Virus record (IMG/VR): IMGVR_UViG_3300049830_000285 | Location: 96,001-160,000 of that record | Reading direction: 5' to 3' (one strand) | DNA length: 64,000 nt | From: a virus | Part shown: in pieces, positions 53,749 to 62,842 of the stretch | Layout: every line of letters starts with the position of its first letter | Position numbering within the stretch: the stretch's first letter is position 1 | Position numbers and translations under genes: made by a program | Notes under the pieces: generated by a model | Database searches by the model: none | Told to the model about the DNA's origin: nothing | Seen by the model: the letters and a program-made list of their open reading frames with translations, nothing else

Positions 53749-54047
53749 TAGAAGAATGGAAGCTCGTCAGTGACAGGCTCGGCAATCAATGGAATAGGCG
53801 AAGGCTCTGGTTTGCGACCGTCTCTAAACCCTTGTGCGCGAGAATCAGACACAATACGCTCCAATGATTGAACAAGCTGTGGAATGTCTTCAAATGGTAT
53901 TTCTGATACCATTTTTCCATTAATTTCAATATGATATTGATTGACTGGCACTTTCCATTTATGCGGTGTGTTAGTCTTATCTGCTAATGCTACAGTCTGA
54001 ACGATTTGCAGCCATTTGTAATCATATAGGATTTTAGGTTTAGACAT
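53748..54047 (-). CDS. Hypothetical protein, paralog of 53392..53748
   Basis: INGKMVSEIPFEDIPQLVQSL..DSRAQG..DELPFF. Confidence 0.65.
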   Translation of the reverse strand: MSKPKILYDYKWLQIVQTVALADKTNTPHKWKVPVNQYHIEINGKMVSEIPFEDIPQLVQSLERIVSDSRAQGFRDGRKPEPSPIPLIAEPVTDELPFF

Positions 54048-54341
54048 TATTGACGCTTCTCTTATGATATGTGAGAAAGCACATTCATTGAGGAATTATA
54101 TCACATTTGACACTGCGTTTAGTCTTTCTGGGGTTTCTGCATGTTGTTTCCAGCAGCTTCAAAGCAGCCCTCTGGAGCATTCTTGATAAAATGCTTAGCT
54201 TTCAATGCAGAGTAGAATTTTTTAATGTTACCAATCTCATGCTGAACACCACCATGGTTGCATTTCTTAATGCACTTTACATAAAAAACTTTACGACTAA
54301 TACCCACGTTAAATTGTACGCGGATATTAGTCGTAAATCCT

Positions 54342-55046
54342 TTAGTGTTTGACGGGATATTCGTTGGCGTACTTCACCAATCCAACTTCACTTGTCGTCA
54401 CCCGGCAATATTTAGGAGTCTTGCCTTTGAAATCATAGACGCCAGTGCGCACATATACTAAGCCAGCATCGGTGCCAGAGATATCCACTACACCAGGAAA
54501 CATGAATTCATAGTTATCATCAAACACTTCAAATAAGATGCGAGACAATCTTGGTCTAGTTTTATCACTACGTCTAAGCGTATATTCGAAAAGCACACCT
54601 GATTGGTCAAGAACGGCTTTTGTTTGTCCTGTTGGAGTAACCAAATCCATTCTGAAATTTATGCCTCTAACTTCCCATCCACCATCAATGCTCTTCCAGT
54701 TAATGAAATCATCAATTGGAGTGAGATTCAGAGCCTTAATTTTAGCTTCTTCTTTGTTTTTCTGTTCTGCGATTAATTGTTCTTTTTGTGCAACGGCTCG
54801 TTGATACTCGGCGCTTTTCTTAGCATCGTTCATTATTGCGTTATCACGAATAGCTTGGGCGCGAATTGCCGCCTGAGCCTCGCCACGCGCTTGAGCTTGT
54901 GCCAAGATATATTCTTTTGAATTTTCTTTAATAGCTGGTGGAGCGAAATATCGCCCAACATCAAAGACTATCATGACTGCGGCAAATATAAGTGTAGAAT
55001 AGACAAATGGTAGACGTGATTTCTGTTTCTTTTCGTAAATAGACAT
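54342..55046 (-). CDS. Hypothetical membrane-anchored protein
   Basis: N-terminal TM helix, coiled coil, beta-rich C-terminus. Confidence 0.6.
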   Translation of the reverse strand: MSIYEKKQKSRLPFVYSTLIFAAVMIVFDVGRYFAPPAIKENSKEYILAQAQARGEAQAAIRAQAIRDNAIMNDAKKSAEYQRAVAQKEQLIAEQKNKEEAKIKALNLTPIDDFINWKSIDGGWEVRGINFRMDLVTPTGQTKAVLDQSGVLFEYTLRRSDKTRPRLSRILFEVFDDNYEFMFPGVVDISGTDAGLVYVRTGVYDFKGKTPKYCRVTTSEVGLVKYANEYPVKH

Positions 55047-55047
55047 A

Positions 55048-56418
55048 TTATTCTTGCACTGGCTTTACATAGGGGAACCAGCTCACCTGTCGAATGTGAC
55101 TTGCGTCAGAGAGTGCCATAGCTAATCGGTCAATGCCAATGCCGACGCCAAAAGCTGGCGGCATTCCACAAGCTAAGGCGTATACAAAGTCGTGGTCGAT
55201 TTGATTACCAAGAGCATCAAATTGTGATTGAAATGCCGCGAGTTGAACTTGCGGGTCGTTTTGCTCACAGAATCCATTTGCAATTTCCATACCACTGATA
55301 TATGCTTCAAATCTCTCTGCATACTTTCCATCTTGACTTCTAGCTAATGGCGAAATACAAGATGGGTGATGTGTGATAATTGTCGGAGACAAAAGCTTGG
55401 GCTCAACAAAAGACTTCATGCATTCTTCTAGCATTTCTAATGTTTCTGGCTTCGAGAAATCCCACTCATCAATATCATGACCAGCGTGTTCATAGATGGC
55501 TTCACGCATTGTCATTGTTGTCCAATCGCTTTCATTAATCTTAACTTCAAAATGTTGTGAGGCCGCTTGTACGATTACCTTGAATCGCTCAATTCCTTGT
55601 GTGAAGTTATCATACGCAGTGTAATACTCCAGAAGAGTAAACTCTGGATTGTGATGTGCGCTGATACCTTCGTTTCGGTATACAGTGCCAATTTCATACA
55701 CGCGCTCAAAACCGCCACATAAAAGCTTCTTAAGCTGAATTTCCAATGAAATGCGCAGCTTTACGTCCGCTTCATATGCGTTGTAATGTGTATCGAATGT
55801 CTTTGCCTCTGCTCCGCCCGGAATTTGAAGTAACGTTGGAGTTTGAACTTCGATGAACGATGCAGTGTTGAGAGTTTCGCGAATATTTGTAATCATTCGC
55901 GAGCGTTCAACAAGTCGTTGTCGCAAATCATCATCAATGAGCATCGCCAAGTGTCTATGACGCATTAGAATTTCTGCATCACGCACTTGATTGAATGCTT
56001 CACCATCCTTTTCTTGACCATAAGGAACTGTCACCAGAGCCTTGCTCAAAATATGGAAATTCGATACAAAGATTGACTTTTCTCCAGCAACCGTTGCCTT
56101 GTAAACACCCTCGAAGTGAACTAAGTCACCTGAGTGAATGTGCTTAACAATCTGCTTCCAGCCCTCGGCGGTAAAGCCTTGTTGAAAAACAACCTGGATG
56201 CGTGATAGCTGTGTTGCATTTGGAGTTTCTGAATACAAAATTGTGGCAAATGTCATACTCCCCATACGTCGAATAGTTAAAATTCGGCCGACGAGTGAAA
56301 CACTAGTTCCCTCTTGATAACCACCACGTGGTATCCAGATGTATGGAGTATCCTGTAAATATGGGCGCTGTCCTAACTGGCGCAATTGTTCTAAACTGTC
56401 TATTCTATCTGTTTGCAT
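55048..56418 (-). CDS. lysS: Lysyl-tRNA synthetase, class II
   Basis: OB fold (GRILTIRRMG), EVQTP, GGAEAKTF, LRISLE, FRNEG-like YRNEG..HNPEFT..EYY, ERFE..EIANG, GVGIGIDRL. Confidence 0.92.
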   Translation of the reverse strand: MQTDRIDSLEQLRQLGQRPYLQDTPYIWIPRGGYQEGTSVSLVGRILTIRRMGSMTFATILYSETPNATQLSRIQVVFQQGFTAEGWKQIVKHIHSGDLVHFEGVYKATVAGEKSIFVSNFHILSKALVTVPYGQEKDGEAFNQVRDAEILMRHRHLAMLIDDDLRQRLVERSRMITNIRETLNTASFIEVQTPTLLQIPGGAEAKTFDTHYNAYEADVKLRISLEIQLKKLLCGGFERVYEIGTVYRNEGISAHHNPEFTLLEYYTAYDNFTQGIERFKVIVQAASQHFEVKINESDWTTMTMREAIYEHAGHDIDEWDFSKPETLEMLEECMKSFVEPKLLSPTIITHHPSCISPLARSQDGKYAERFEAYISGMEIANGFCEQNDPQVQLAAFQSQFDALGNQIDHDFVYALACGMPPAFGVGIGIDRLAMALSDASHIRQVSWFPYVKPVQE

Positions 56419-56421
56419 TAT

Positions 56422-56742
56422 TTATCTAAACCTATAAGTGTCAAGTGATGATTGCACTTCTTTTTTCCAATCACCATCTACGTCAAGCTTGCCAATATAA
56501 GCAAGTGCTTTTGCGAGAGCTTTCGCACGTTTATCGCGTTTCTCAGTCTCTGTAGGTGCCTTTGAACACTCTTGCTCGACTCTTATTTGCATAAAATTGG
56601 GAATGAATGCAACCTTTCTGCCGCACTTAAACTCGCGAATTTCAAATCCGTGTCCATTACAATGTCTGTGACGGATTGATTCTGCGATAATGTCAGCTCC
56701 ACAATGTGCGCATTGCGTTTCGGTAATTTCTACTAGTTGCAT
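56422..56742 (-). CDS. Hypothetical Zn-ribbon protein
   Basis: CAHCG..HCNG..FKCG; TCCTCA-N17-TATAAT-N6-ATG. Confidence 0.6.
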   Translation of the reverse strand: MQLVEITETQCAHCGADIIAESIRHRHCNGHGFEIREFKCGRKVAFIPNFMQIRVEQECSKAPTETEKRDKRAKALAKALAYIGKLDVDGDWKKEVQSSLDTYRFR

Positions 56743-56762
56743 TGCTCAATTATAGCAGATTG

Positions 56763-57086
56763 TTACCCTTTTGAGGAAAAAGATTCATGTAATGAGCCGC
56801 CAATATCACAATATTCAGAAGCATCGAATGGTCGGTGCCAATTTTCGCCTTGACTTTGATTGTATTCCATATCTTCTGGATGCGGATATGGAATGAGTGC
56901 AATTCTGGGAATATCTATGCATCCACCGTCTAGCGACACAAGAATCGAAAAAGCTAAACCATCCAGAGCTTCTTCTTTACTATCTGTTTCAACTCTAGCC
57001 CAATATTTAACCAAGTGCTTGATGTGATTAAGAAAAATTTCTCTTGTTTCTTCTGCTGTTTGTTCTCTAGGCTCTGACATTTTCAA
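56763..57086 (-). CDS. Conserved phage hypothetical protein
   Basis: FLNHIKHLVKYW..LDGLAFSILVSLDG..LHE. Confidence 0.65.
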   Translation of the reverse strand: MKMSEPREQTAEETREIFLNHIKHLVKYWARVETDSKEEALDGLAFSILVSLDGGCIDIPRIALIPYPHPEDMEYNQSQGENWHRPFDASEYCDIGGSLHESFSSKG

Positions 57087-57327
57087 TTTCCTTTTTTGTT
57101 TGTATCAATAAGTCATATAGATTGTCGATGGGTGTATTTGATACTACTTCAAGGCTTTGCGTAAAGCAGCCATCTTTGTCAGTACCGCACCTTCGAATAG
57201 GTGTGCCTTCATGATTAAACAAAACGGCCTGGCCGACATCTTCGCAGTGCAACCAATATCCATGTGGACACGGGATTTCATAACATTTCTTAAAGCGAGA
57301 TTTCAACTCGTTCATCATATTACTCAT
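57067..57327 (-). CDS. Hypothetical protein
   Basis: Overlapping ORF in the minus-strand run. Confidence 0.5.
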   Translation of the reverse strand: MSNMMNELKSRFKKCYEIPCPHGYWLHCEDVGQAVLFNHEGTPIRRCGTDKDGCFTQSLEVVSNTPIDNLYDLLIQTKKEIENVRA

Positions 57328-57329
57328 TG

Positions 57330-57749
57330 TTAATCTCCTGGGTGTTCATCTGGTCGCTTGACTTTCAAATTGCCACCGTATATTGATGGAGTTGTGCGTC
57401 TGCCGCTTTCATCTCTTTCACCAAAATAAAGTTCATAGCTCTCGCGCATTGCTTGAGCATACGTGCCACCGCGCCATGGGTCAGCCGGGTCTGACCAACC
57501 ACTGTTTGCGCTATATCCTTCTGGATTGGCTTCTAGTATTTCTTGCCAGTCGATATCTGGATTGAGAGATTCTTGATATTCAAAATCTTCTACGATTTTT
57601 CGCACAGTATCCTTGGCGGCATCAGAAGTAGTTGTTTCTCTCTTCACCGAGATACATGCGCCGCCTTTCATTTCCACCCATCCTTGTTCTCTGAGAAGTC
57701 GATGTTCGCTTTTAAAAAGACATCGACTAAGGATGCTTTCTAAATCCAT
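57330..57749 (-). CDS. Hypothetical protein; coding frame seems to extend upstream (see findings)
   Basis: Frame stays open to a TAA at 57879-57881 and includes LGFVSPEGHFYPCGYCCH. Confidence 0.5.
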   Translation of the reverse strand: MDLESILSRCLFKSEHRLLREQGWVEMKGGACISVKRETTTSDAAKDTVRKIVEDFEYQESLNPDIDWQEILEANPEGYSANSGWSDPADPWRGGTYAQAMRESYELYFGERDESGRRTTPSIYGGNLKVKRPDEHPGD

Positions 57750-58036
57750 ATGACAACAATAACCACAGGGATAAAAATGTCCTTCTGGAGAAACAAAGCC
57801 AAGTCTAGCTGACGGAAGTTGTGGCGTGGGCGCATATTCTTCATCTAAGGCGTCATCTGCTGCCTCGATGGACTTGTTTTAATCAACATAAGGAAATTCT
57901 CTTACAATCTTGTAATTTTCGGGTATCCATGTGCATCTGGTGATACCAGCGCCAGTGCATCTTTCCTTCATATAAGCCAACAAGAATGGGACGCGCAGTA
58001 TCTGGCTCGTCTTTACCTATTATCCATAGCAGTTTT

Positions 58037-58426
58037 TCAAACTCTCTCATGTAACTCCTTTTCGAGCCGTTCGTTTAATGTTGTCATGTCGTCAATTTTC
58101 AAACCAAGAGGTGCTTCAATTCGCTCAAGTTGAATATTGTCATCATAATCAATGTGAACACCTAAAAAGAAATGCTCGCCATTTCTCATAATAAAGCTGT
58201 ATGCTATGTGGTCTTTATGTTTAAAACCGTGCCATCCGCCACCAAATTCAGCAACTTCTTTCGGTGTAGTTGTCTTGAGTGTAATCTCAACATCTTCTTG
58301 CGTTCCATTTTCCCAAGTTATGCGTAATTTTTCACCATCAACAAGTAAATATCCGTCGAGACTATCATGCGAACATGTATCTAACGCATCATTGTAGATG
58401 TAATAAAAACTACGTATTTTGCCCAT
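58037..58426 (-). CDS. Hypothetical protein
   Basis: TAGAAT-N6-ATG. Confidence 0.55.
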   Translation of the reverse strand: MGKIRSFYYIYNDALDTCSHDSLDGYLLVDGEKLRITWENGTQEDVEITLKTTTPKEVAEFGGGWHGFKHKDHIAYSFIMRNGEHFFLGVHIDYDDNIQLERIEAPLGLKIDDMTTLNERLEKELHERV

Positions 58427-58501
58427 GTGTTTATTCTACCCTTTTGAAAATATGGTTTTGAGGAAATAGGATAAATCAGCTTCAATGCAGCATTTTATAA
58501 T

Positions 58502-59242
58502 ATGTGGTATAGACTGGCGCACATTAGAGGGGAGTATTGGCTAAATGAAAATGGCCCAGTACATGCTGATGGCGACCTTGGCGACGACAATCATGAAATG
58601 ATTGCCGAAACACATATGCTCAATGAGCTTAGAAACGATATTGAGTCTCCAGAATATTGGGGCGCACAAACATACAACAATGCGCGATTATTATTCATGG
58701 AAGCTCAAGAGCATCCAGGTGCATATATGGGTCAAATGCCTGAATTTATCAAAGATTTGCAAGCTCAATATGGAAATGAATGGTGGGATTACGCTGACTA
58801 TGACAGCTATTTGATTTGGTTAAATACAAGACATTTCAAAGATGAGGCTGTTAAAAAAAGACAACAAGAATGGACTGAAAGAGAAATTCGGGGATTTAAA
58901 GACCCTCGAACACATGCTTCAAAATATTATGATTGGGTGAGAGTGCATGGCACAAATATCGAAGTTTGGGAAATGAACAATCTTACACGCAAGCGCATCG
59001 AACGTCAAATTGAAGACATCTACCATGATGAAAATGAATATTCAGACGACGATTCGTGGAAAGATTCGCCCAAATTCAATCTTAGTATTCTTTCCACCAA
59101 CAAATATGTTGGTGGACTTACTTACAACCAATTAATATCAGGTGGAGAAGTCGAACATCTTAATACACCAAATCACGTTGAAGTTGGTACTCGTGGTACA
59201 GTGCCGACTAGCGTCCCTGGATATCAATATCAAGGCGGTTAA
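58502..59242 (+). CDS. Hypothetical protein starting MWYRLA
   Basis: GEYW....G..HADGD.GD.NHE..A; acidic, aromatic-rich. Confidence 0.65.
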   Translation: MWYRLAHIRGEYWLNENGPVHADGDLGDDNHEMIAETHMLNELRNDIESPEYWGAQTYNNARLLFMEAQEHPGAYMGQMPEFIKDLQAQYGNEWWDYADYDSYLIWLNTRHFKDEAVKKRQQEWTEREIRGFKDPRTHASKYYDWVRVHGTNIEVWEMNNLTRKRIERQIEDIYHDENEYSDDDSWKDSPKFNLSILSTNKYVGGLTYNQLISGGEVEHLNTPNHVEVGTRGTVPTSVPGYQYQGG

Positions 59243-59643
59243 GAATATTCTTGAATCGTAAAAATAGAAATTAATTGTGTAGCACCGATATTATGCAATT
59301 GATTTTGAGTGTGTTTCCATTCCACACCGTCAATGGGAATACTTATTTCAGCACATTGACCGCCATCATCTTTACTGACCTCACGACCAATAACCATGTC
59401 TTCTAAAATCCACTCTGTGCTGTGTTGCGTTGGATATGCTTCTAAATCATGTTGCGACAACATATGGCGCAAGTCTTTGGCATCATATTCGACGCCATTC
59501 AAAATATATTTTGTATCTTTGAACGGCACTTCGTAAGGCTCACCAGTGTCAGAATTATACTTTGTGTACGACGATGCAATTGTTTTTGCTTCAATGATTT
59601 GGTCTGCTTTGACACCAATAACTAATAATGCGCTGTATCCCAT
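59239..59643 (-). CDS. Hypothetical protein
   Basis: MGYSALLVIG..YNSDTGEPY. Confidence 0.55.
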   Translation of the reverse strand: MGYSALLVIGVKADQIIEAKTIASSYTKYNSDTGEPYEVPFKDTKYILNGVEYDAKDLRHMLSQHDLEAYPTQHSTEWILEDMVIGREVSKDDGGQCAEISIPIDGVEWKHTQNQLHNIGATQLISIFTIQEYS

Positions 59644-59646
59644 AAT

Positions 59647-60375
59647 TTAATCCTTAAATAACCTCAGTTTATTGTAAACACATCTATCTAATCCAATCGC
59701 AATCTCAAAATTTATTAAGTCTTTTTCCACTGACTTGAATCGGGCTTGAAAAGGAACATCTTTACGAAGCGACAAACTCACGACTTCCATCCATTTATCG
59801 TCATTCAAAACTTCTACGTCCATCGTTTTGACGCTGTAATCTGGAAGCCTGTCGCTTGGAATCAATCTAGTCTCTAAGCCGACATGTAAATGAATCATTT
59901 GTTCGATGATTGGTGCTATAGCTTCGAAATAATCATTCTTTGTATCAGCGGTAAAGATGCATTGGAACTCTTGCTGATAGAACTCTTTCAAACGCATGTT
60001 TTTGCTCACCTGGTCTTGTTCTTTTCGGAAGCTTTTAGCAGTCTGCCAAACAACTAGAGGCGGTAACGTTAATTGATTATGCAACAAATGTTCCGCGTAG
60101 GCATAACTTGCTGGCGTAGTCTCAGGGCGTAACACAAGTTCTCGCTCGTCTGGTTTTGGTAGTAAATGAAAAACATCTTCAGTGGTGTATTCTTTGCTAA
60201 TCAAGTCTTTCGGAATAAGCGAAGGCGCTTCAATTTGATGGAAGCACCAAGCTTTATTAGTGTCCAACAAAGCCTCTTGGATATCTTGTGCAAAAGTGGT
60301 GCTAAGCTGCTGTCGCATCAAAATCTCTTTGCTATTCCAGAATGGAACACCATTTAGATTGTAAATGTTTTTCAT
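59647..60375 (-). CDS. Truncated glycyl-tRNA synthetase (alpha2-type catalytic core, 242 aa)
   Basis: LRPETT, KSFRKE, MRLKEFYQQEFQ, RLPDYS..T.D, EVVSLSLR.D, EIAIGLDR; no anticodon-binding domain. Confidence 0.75.
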   Translation of the reverse strand: MKNIYNLNGVPFWNSKEILMRQQLSTTFAQDIQEALLDTNKAWCFHQIEAPSLIPKDLISKEYTTEDVFHLLPKPDERELVLRPETTPASYAYAEHLLHNQLTLPPLVVWQTAKSFRKEQDQVSKNMRLKEFYQQEFQCIFTADTKNDYFEAIAPIIEQMIHLHVGLETRLIPSDRLPDYSVKTMDVEVLNDDKWMEVVSLSLRKDVPFQARFKSVEKDLINFEIAIGLDRCVYNKLRLFKD

Positions 60376-60731
60376 TCTTGCTCACTCTCTTTATTGCAGA
60401 AAGCAAGTAAAACGTCAATCGCAGCAATGGATTCTTGGTCTAATCCATCTTTCCATCTTTCTTCTGTTCCTGGTGTGCAAGTAAAGTTTCGAGTTGTCGC
60501 CATGCACTTGCGTAATAAAGGTGCGACATCCCAATGCATAGCATTAGTTATAGTTAGCATTGCTGAAAAACCAACAGTCAATTTTTCAACATTATCTCTA
60601 AATGATTCCGCGCTATTATGAGACATAACAACGCCCACCATTAATACCTGTAATCCTCTTGGAATAATTTTACGTACTTCGATTGGAGTTGGAATGTCAC
60701 AATTTGGAATGACGGCAATATGCGTGCTCAT
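60372..60731 (-). CDS. Hypothetical protein
   Basis: TCCTCA-N16-TAATAT-N6-ATG. Confidence 0.5.
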   Translation of the reverse strand: MSTHIAVIPNCDIPTPIEVRKIIPRGLQVLMVGVVMSHNSAESFRDNVEKLTVGFSAMLTITNAMHWDVAPLLRKCMATTRNFTCTPGTEERWKDGLDQESIAAIDVLLAFCNKESEQE

Positions 60732-60768
60732 TCATTCATATTACCACAACGAACACATATGAGGAAAA

Positions 60769-60845
60769 TGGAGCCCGGTGCAAGATTCGAACTTGCGATT
60801 ATCGTTTTGCAGACGAGCACGTTAGGCCAGCTTCGTCAACCGGGC
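60769..60845 (-). tRNA. tRNA-Cys(GCA)
   Basis: GCCCGGU/ACCGGGC; CUCGU-CUGCAAA-ACGAU; U73-CCA. Confidence 0.9.
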
Positions 60846-60859
60846 TTAACTATTTTACC

Positions 60860-60955
60860 TTACTTTTTCTTTTTTGGTGCTGGGGCTGGTTTGCCCTTAG
60901 GAGCCTGCGGAGCTGTCTTTGCTTGTTTCTTCTGTTTGTCTTTGCCTTTTGCCAT
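60860..60955 (-). CDS. 31-aa Lys/Pro/Ala-rich peptide MAKGKDKQKKQAKTAPQAPKGKPAPAPKKKK
   Basis: Clean ATG..TAA ORF filling the gap upstream of tRNA-Cys. Confidence 0.55.
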   Translation of the reverse strand: MAKGKDKQKKQAKTAPQAPKGKPAPAPKKKK

Positions 60956-61033
60956 AGTAATAAATCATACTCTATGCGAAATGCTACTTCCTACATAAAT
61001 CCTCAATAAATATATGTGTGATATAATATAAGT

Positions 61034-61405
61034 GTGAAAGAAAATCTTGAACAACGAATGCGAGACACACTTGATGCCGACTTCCCTGAATGGGTGTGGC
61101 AACTAAAACCAGGAAACCGTATTGCGGTTTGTTCATATCAGGGAAGCTGGAGCCCACAAGGAACTCGTTATTGGTATGCAAAAATCTTTGTCTGCATATC
61201 TGGTAAATCAGTTTATTATTACGACCTCGATGACACCATGCGTTGGAATGACCTAAATGATGCTCAGAAATTAATCTTTAGAGGCGGAATAAATTGCACA
61301 CATTACTCACAGTCTCTTAAGCCGATTGAAGAACTTGCTGCAATAGATGCTGAAATTGACGCATATCAGGCTGCTCATCCAGATTGGCGCACTCAAGGTA
61401 TGTAA
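61034..61405 (+). CDS. Hypothetical protein
   Basis: TCCTCA-N16-TATAAT-N6-GTG. Confidence 0.6.
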   Translation: MKENLEQRMRDTLDADFPEWVWQLKPGNRIAVCSYQGSWSPQGTRYWYAKIFVCISGKSVYYYDLDDTMRWNDLNDAQKLIFRGGINCTHYSQSLKPIEELAAIDAEIDAYQAAHPDWRTQGM

Positions 61406-61699
61406 TCAGTCTGTTAACAAAACAAAATCATAGCATGAACAGTATTTGCATCCAACGTGCAAATTGTCTTCATATCCGTCAAAATGGCGATAGTAAGGAT
61501 GCCCACATTCGCACATCTTGCTGTCGCCATAATCAGCTCTGTAGACTTTTTCAGGGTGAGCTTCTACATAGCTTTTGACGAATTCAATAAATTCATCCAT
61601 TCCCTTATTGCCAATAAACTCAGCCATCATTTGCATTTTCAATGTATCGTCCCCGTATGGAACTCCAGCTTGTTGAAAAGCACGCATTAAATCATTCAT
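61406..61699 (-). CDS. Hypothetical protein with CxCxH..CxxCxC motif
   Basis: CECGHPYYRHFD..GCKYCSC; TATAAT-N5-ATG. Confidence 0.65.
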   Translation of the reverse strand: MNDLMRAFQQAGVPYGDDTLKMQMMAEFIGNKGMDEFIEFVKSYVEAHPEKVYRADYGDSKMCECGHPYYRHFDGYEDNLHVGCKYCSCYDFVLLTD

Positions 61700-61712
61700 G
61701 GCTCATTATACC

Positions 61713-62582
61713 TCAGACGCCTCGCGTGATATAATCCCAAAGCATTTCTCTGTTAATGTCAACAGCAATCAAATCGCCGTCTTCACACAGTTCTGTTCCC
61801 CATTTACCTTTTTGATAGATTAATTTTCCTCTTAACCAAGTTGCGCATTCTGGGTGTAAATGACATACGGCAGCCGTTGGGTCGTGAAACATTTTGACAG
61901 GCTGATGCTCTAAATATAAATCCATATGTTCATGGAAGACTTCCATTGCACGATTAGTTGGAGCATGTTTCTTAACACTGGCGTGGATATCTTTGTCATA
62001 AACAATGGTGTGGCAAAGATGCTTACCAACAAAGGAACGCTCAGCAACATTTAGGTTCAAAAATGCGTGAGCCCCGATTTGAGAGCCACCTAAATTAAAG
62101 GTGTTTTCGAACAGTTTATTTTCAAATTTCTCTAAACGAACAACATCTAAATTGTGAATTTCATAACCCATAAAACCGCCTTGCATTGTCGCTCTGCCCA
62201 ATTTACCACCGGATAGTAAATAAGGGCCGACGCTGTGTAAAGGCCCACAAACAAAAAGTTCTGCGTCGGGATGTTTTATCATAGCCTCAGCAATGATATT
62301 TTCTCCCACACCATCGGGTTCACATTCAAGTGGATAGTTGTATTGCTTAAGGAAGTCTAAATGCCTACCGCCAACAGATGATTTATCTCGATTAGGTTTC
62401 CCGCTGCCAACAGGACAATCAACGCCACATTCTTTAAGCAGCCCTTTGGCGACAGCAATCTGGTCTTTATCTCCCGGACTAACAGTAACAGCGACAATCT
62501 CAACGCCAGCGCTAATTAAATAACACAAAGCAAAAAAATCATCAGCATCGCGCCCGATATCGGTTTCAACAATAAGTTTCAT
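61713..62582 (-). CDS. Nucleoside hydrolase (IU-NH family)
   Basis: ETDIGRDADDFFAL, CGPL, MQGG, FN, FHDPTAA. Confidence 0.8.
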   Translation of the reverse strand: MKLIVETDIGRDADDFFALCYLISAGVEIVAVTVSPGDKDQIAVAKGLLKECGVDCPVGSGKPNRDKSSVGGRHLDFLKQYNYPLECEPDGVGENIIAEAMIKHPDAELFVCGPLHSVGPYLLSGGKLGRATMQGGFMGYEIHNLDVVRLEKFENKLFENTFNLGGSQIGAHAFLNLNVAERSFVGKHLCHTIVYDKDIHASVKKHAPTNRAMEVFHEHMDLYLEHQPVKMFHDPTAAVCHLHPECATWLRGKLIYQKGKWGTELCEDGDLIAVDINREMLWDYITRGV

Positions 62583-62633
62583 GTGCTTATTGTACCTGAA
62601 CTGAATAGTGTGAATGTGGACAAATAGTGCGAG

Positions 62634-62837
62634 TTAATCTACCAATTTCTTGGCTGATTCTATCAAAATTTGTAAAGGCGTACCCTTGTATTTGTGCTGC
62701 CACAAATGTGGGTCATAAGGTGCTGTGGCGATTGCCCATTCAATTCGCTCTTTCTCAAAACCTTCTGCGACTGGAGTCATTACGCGAATGGTTCTTGGGC
62801 TGGATATCCCACAGATGAACTCGTTTTTTAGTGGCAT
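62634..62837 (-). CDS. Hypothetical protein
   Basis: Small ORF in the minus-strand run. Confidence 0.4.
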   Translation of the reverse strand: MPLKNEFICGISSPRTIRVMTPVAEGFEKERIEWAIATAPYDPHLWQHKYKGTPLQILIESAKKLVD

Positions 62838-62842
62838 GATAT

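Noticed and set aside
60720-60998. ORF-track entry 60720..60998 (+), and similar ones at 47632..47883, 49239..49421 and 63346..63747
   Set aside because: They are antisense to tRNAs or tRNA-like elements and to real minus-strand genes.
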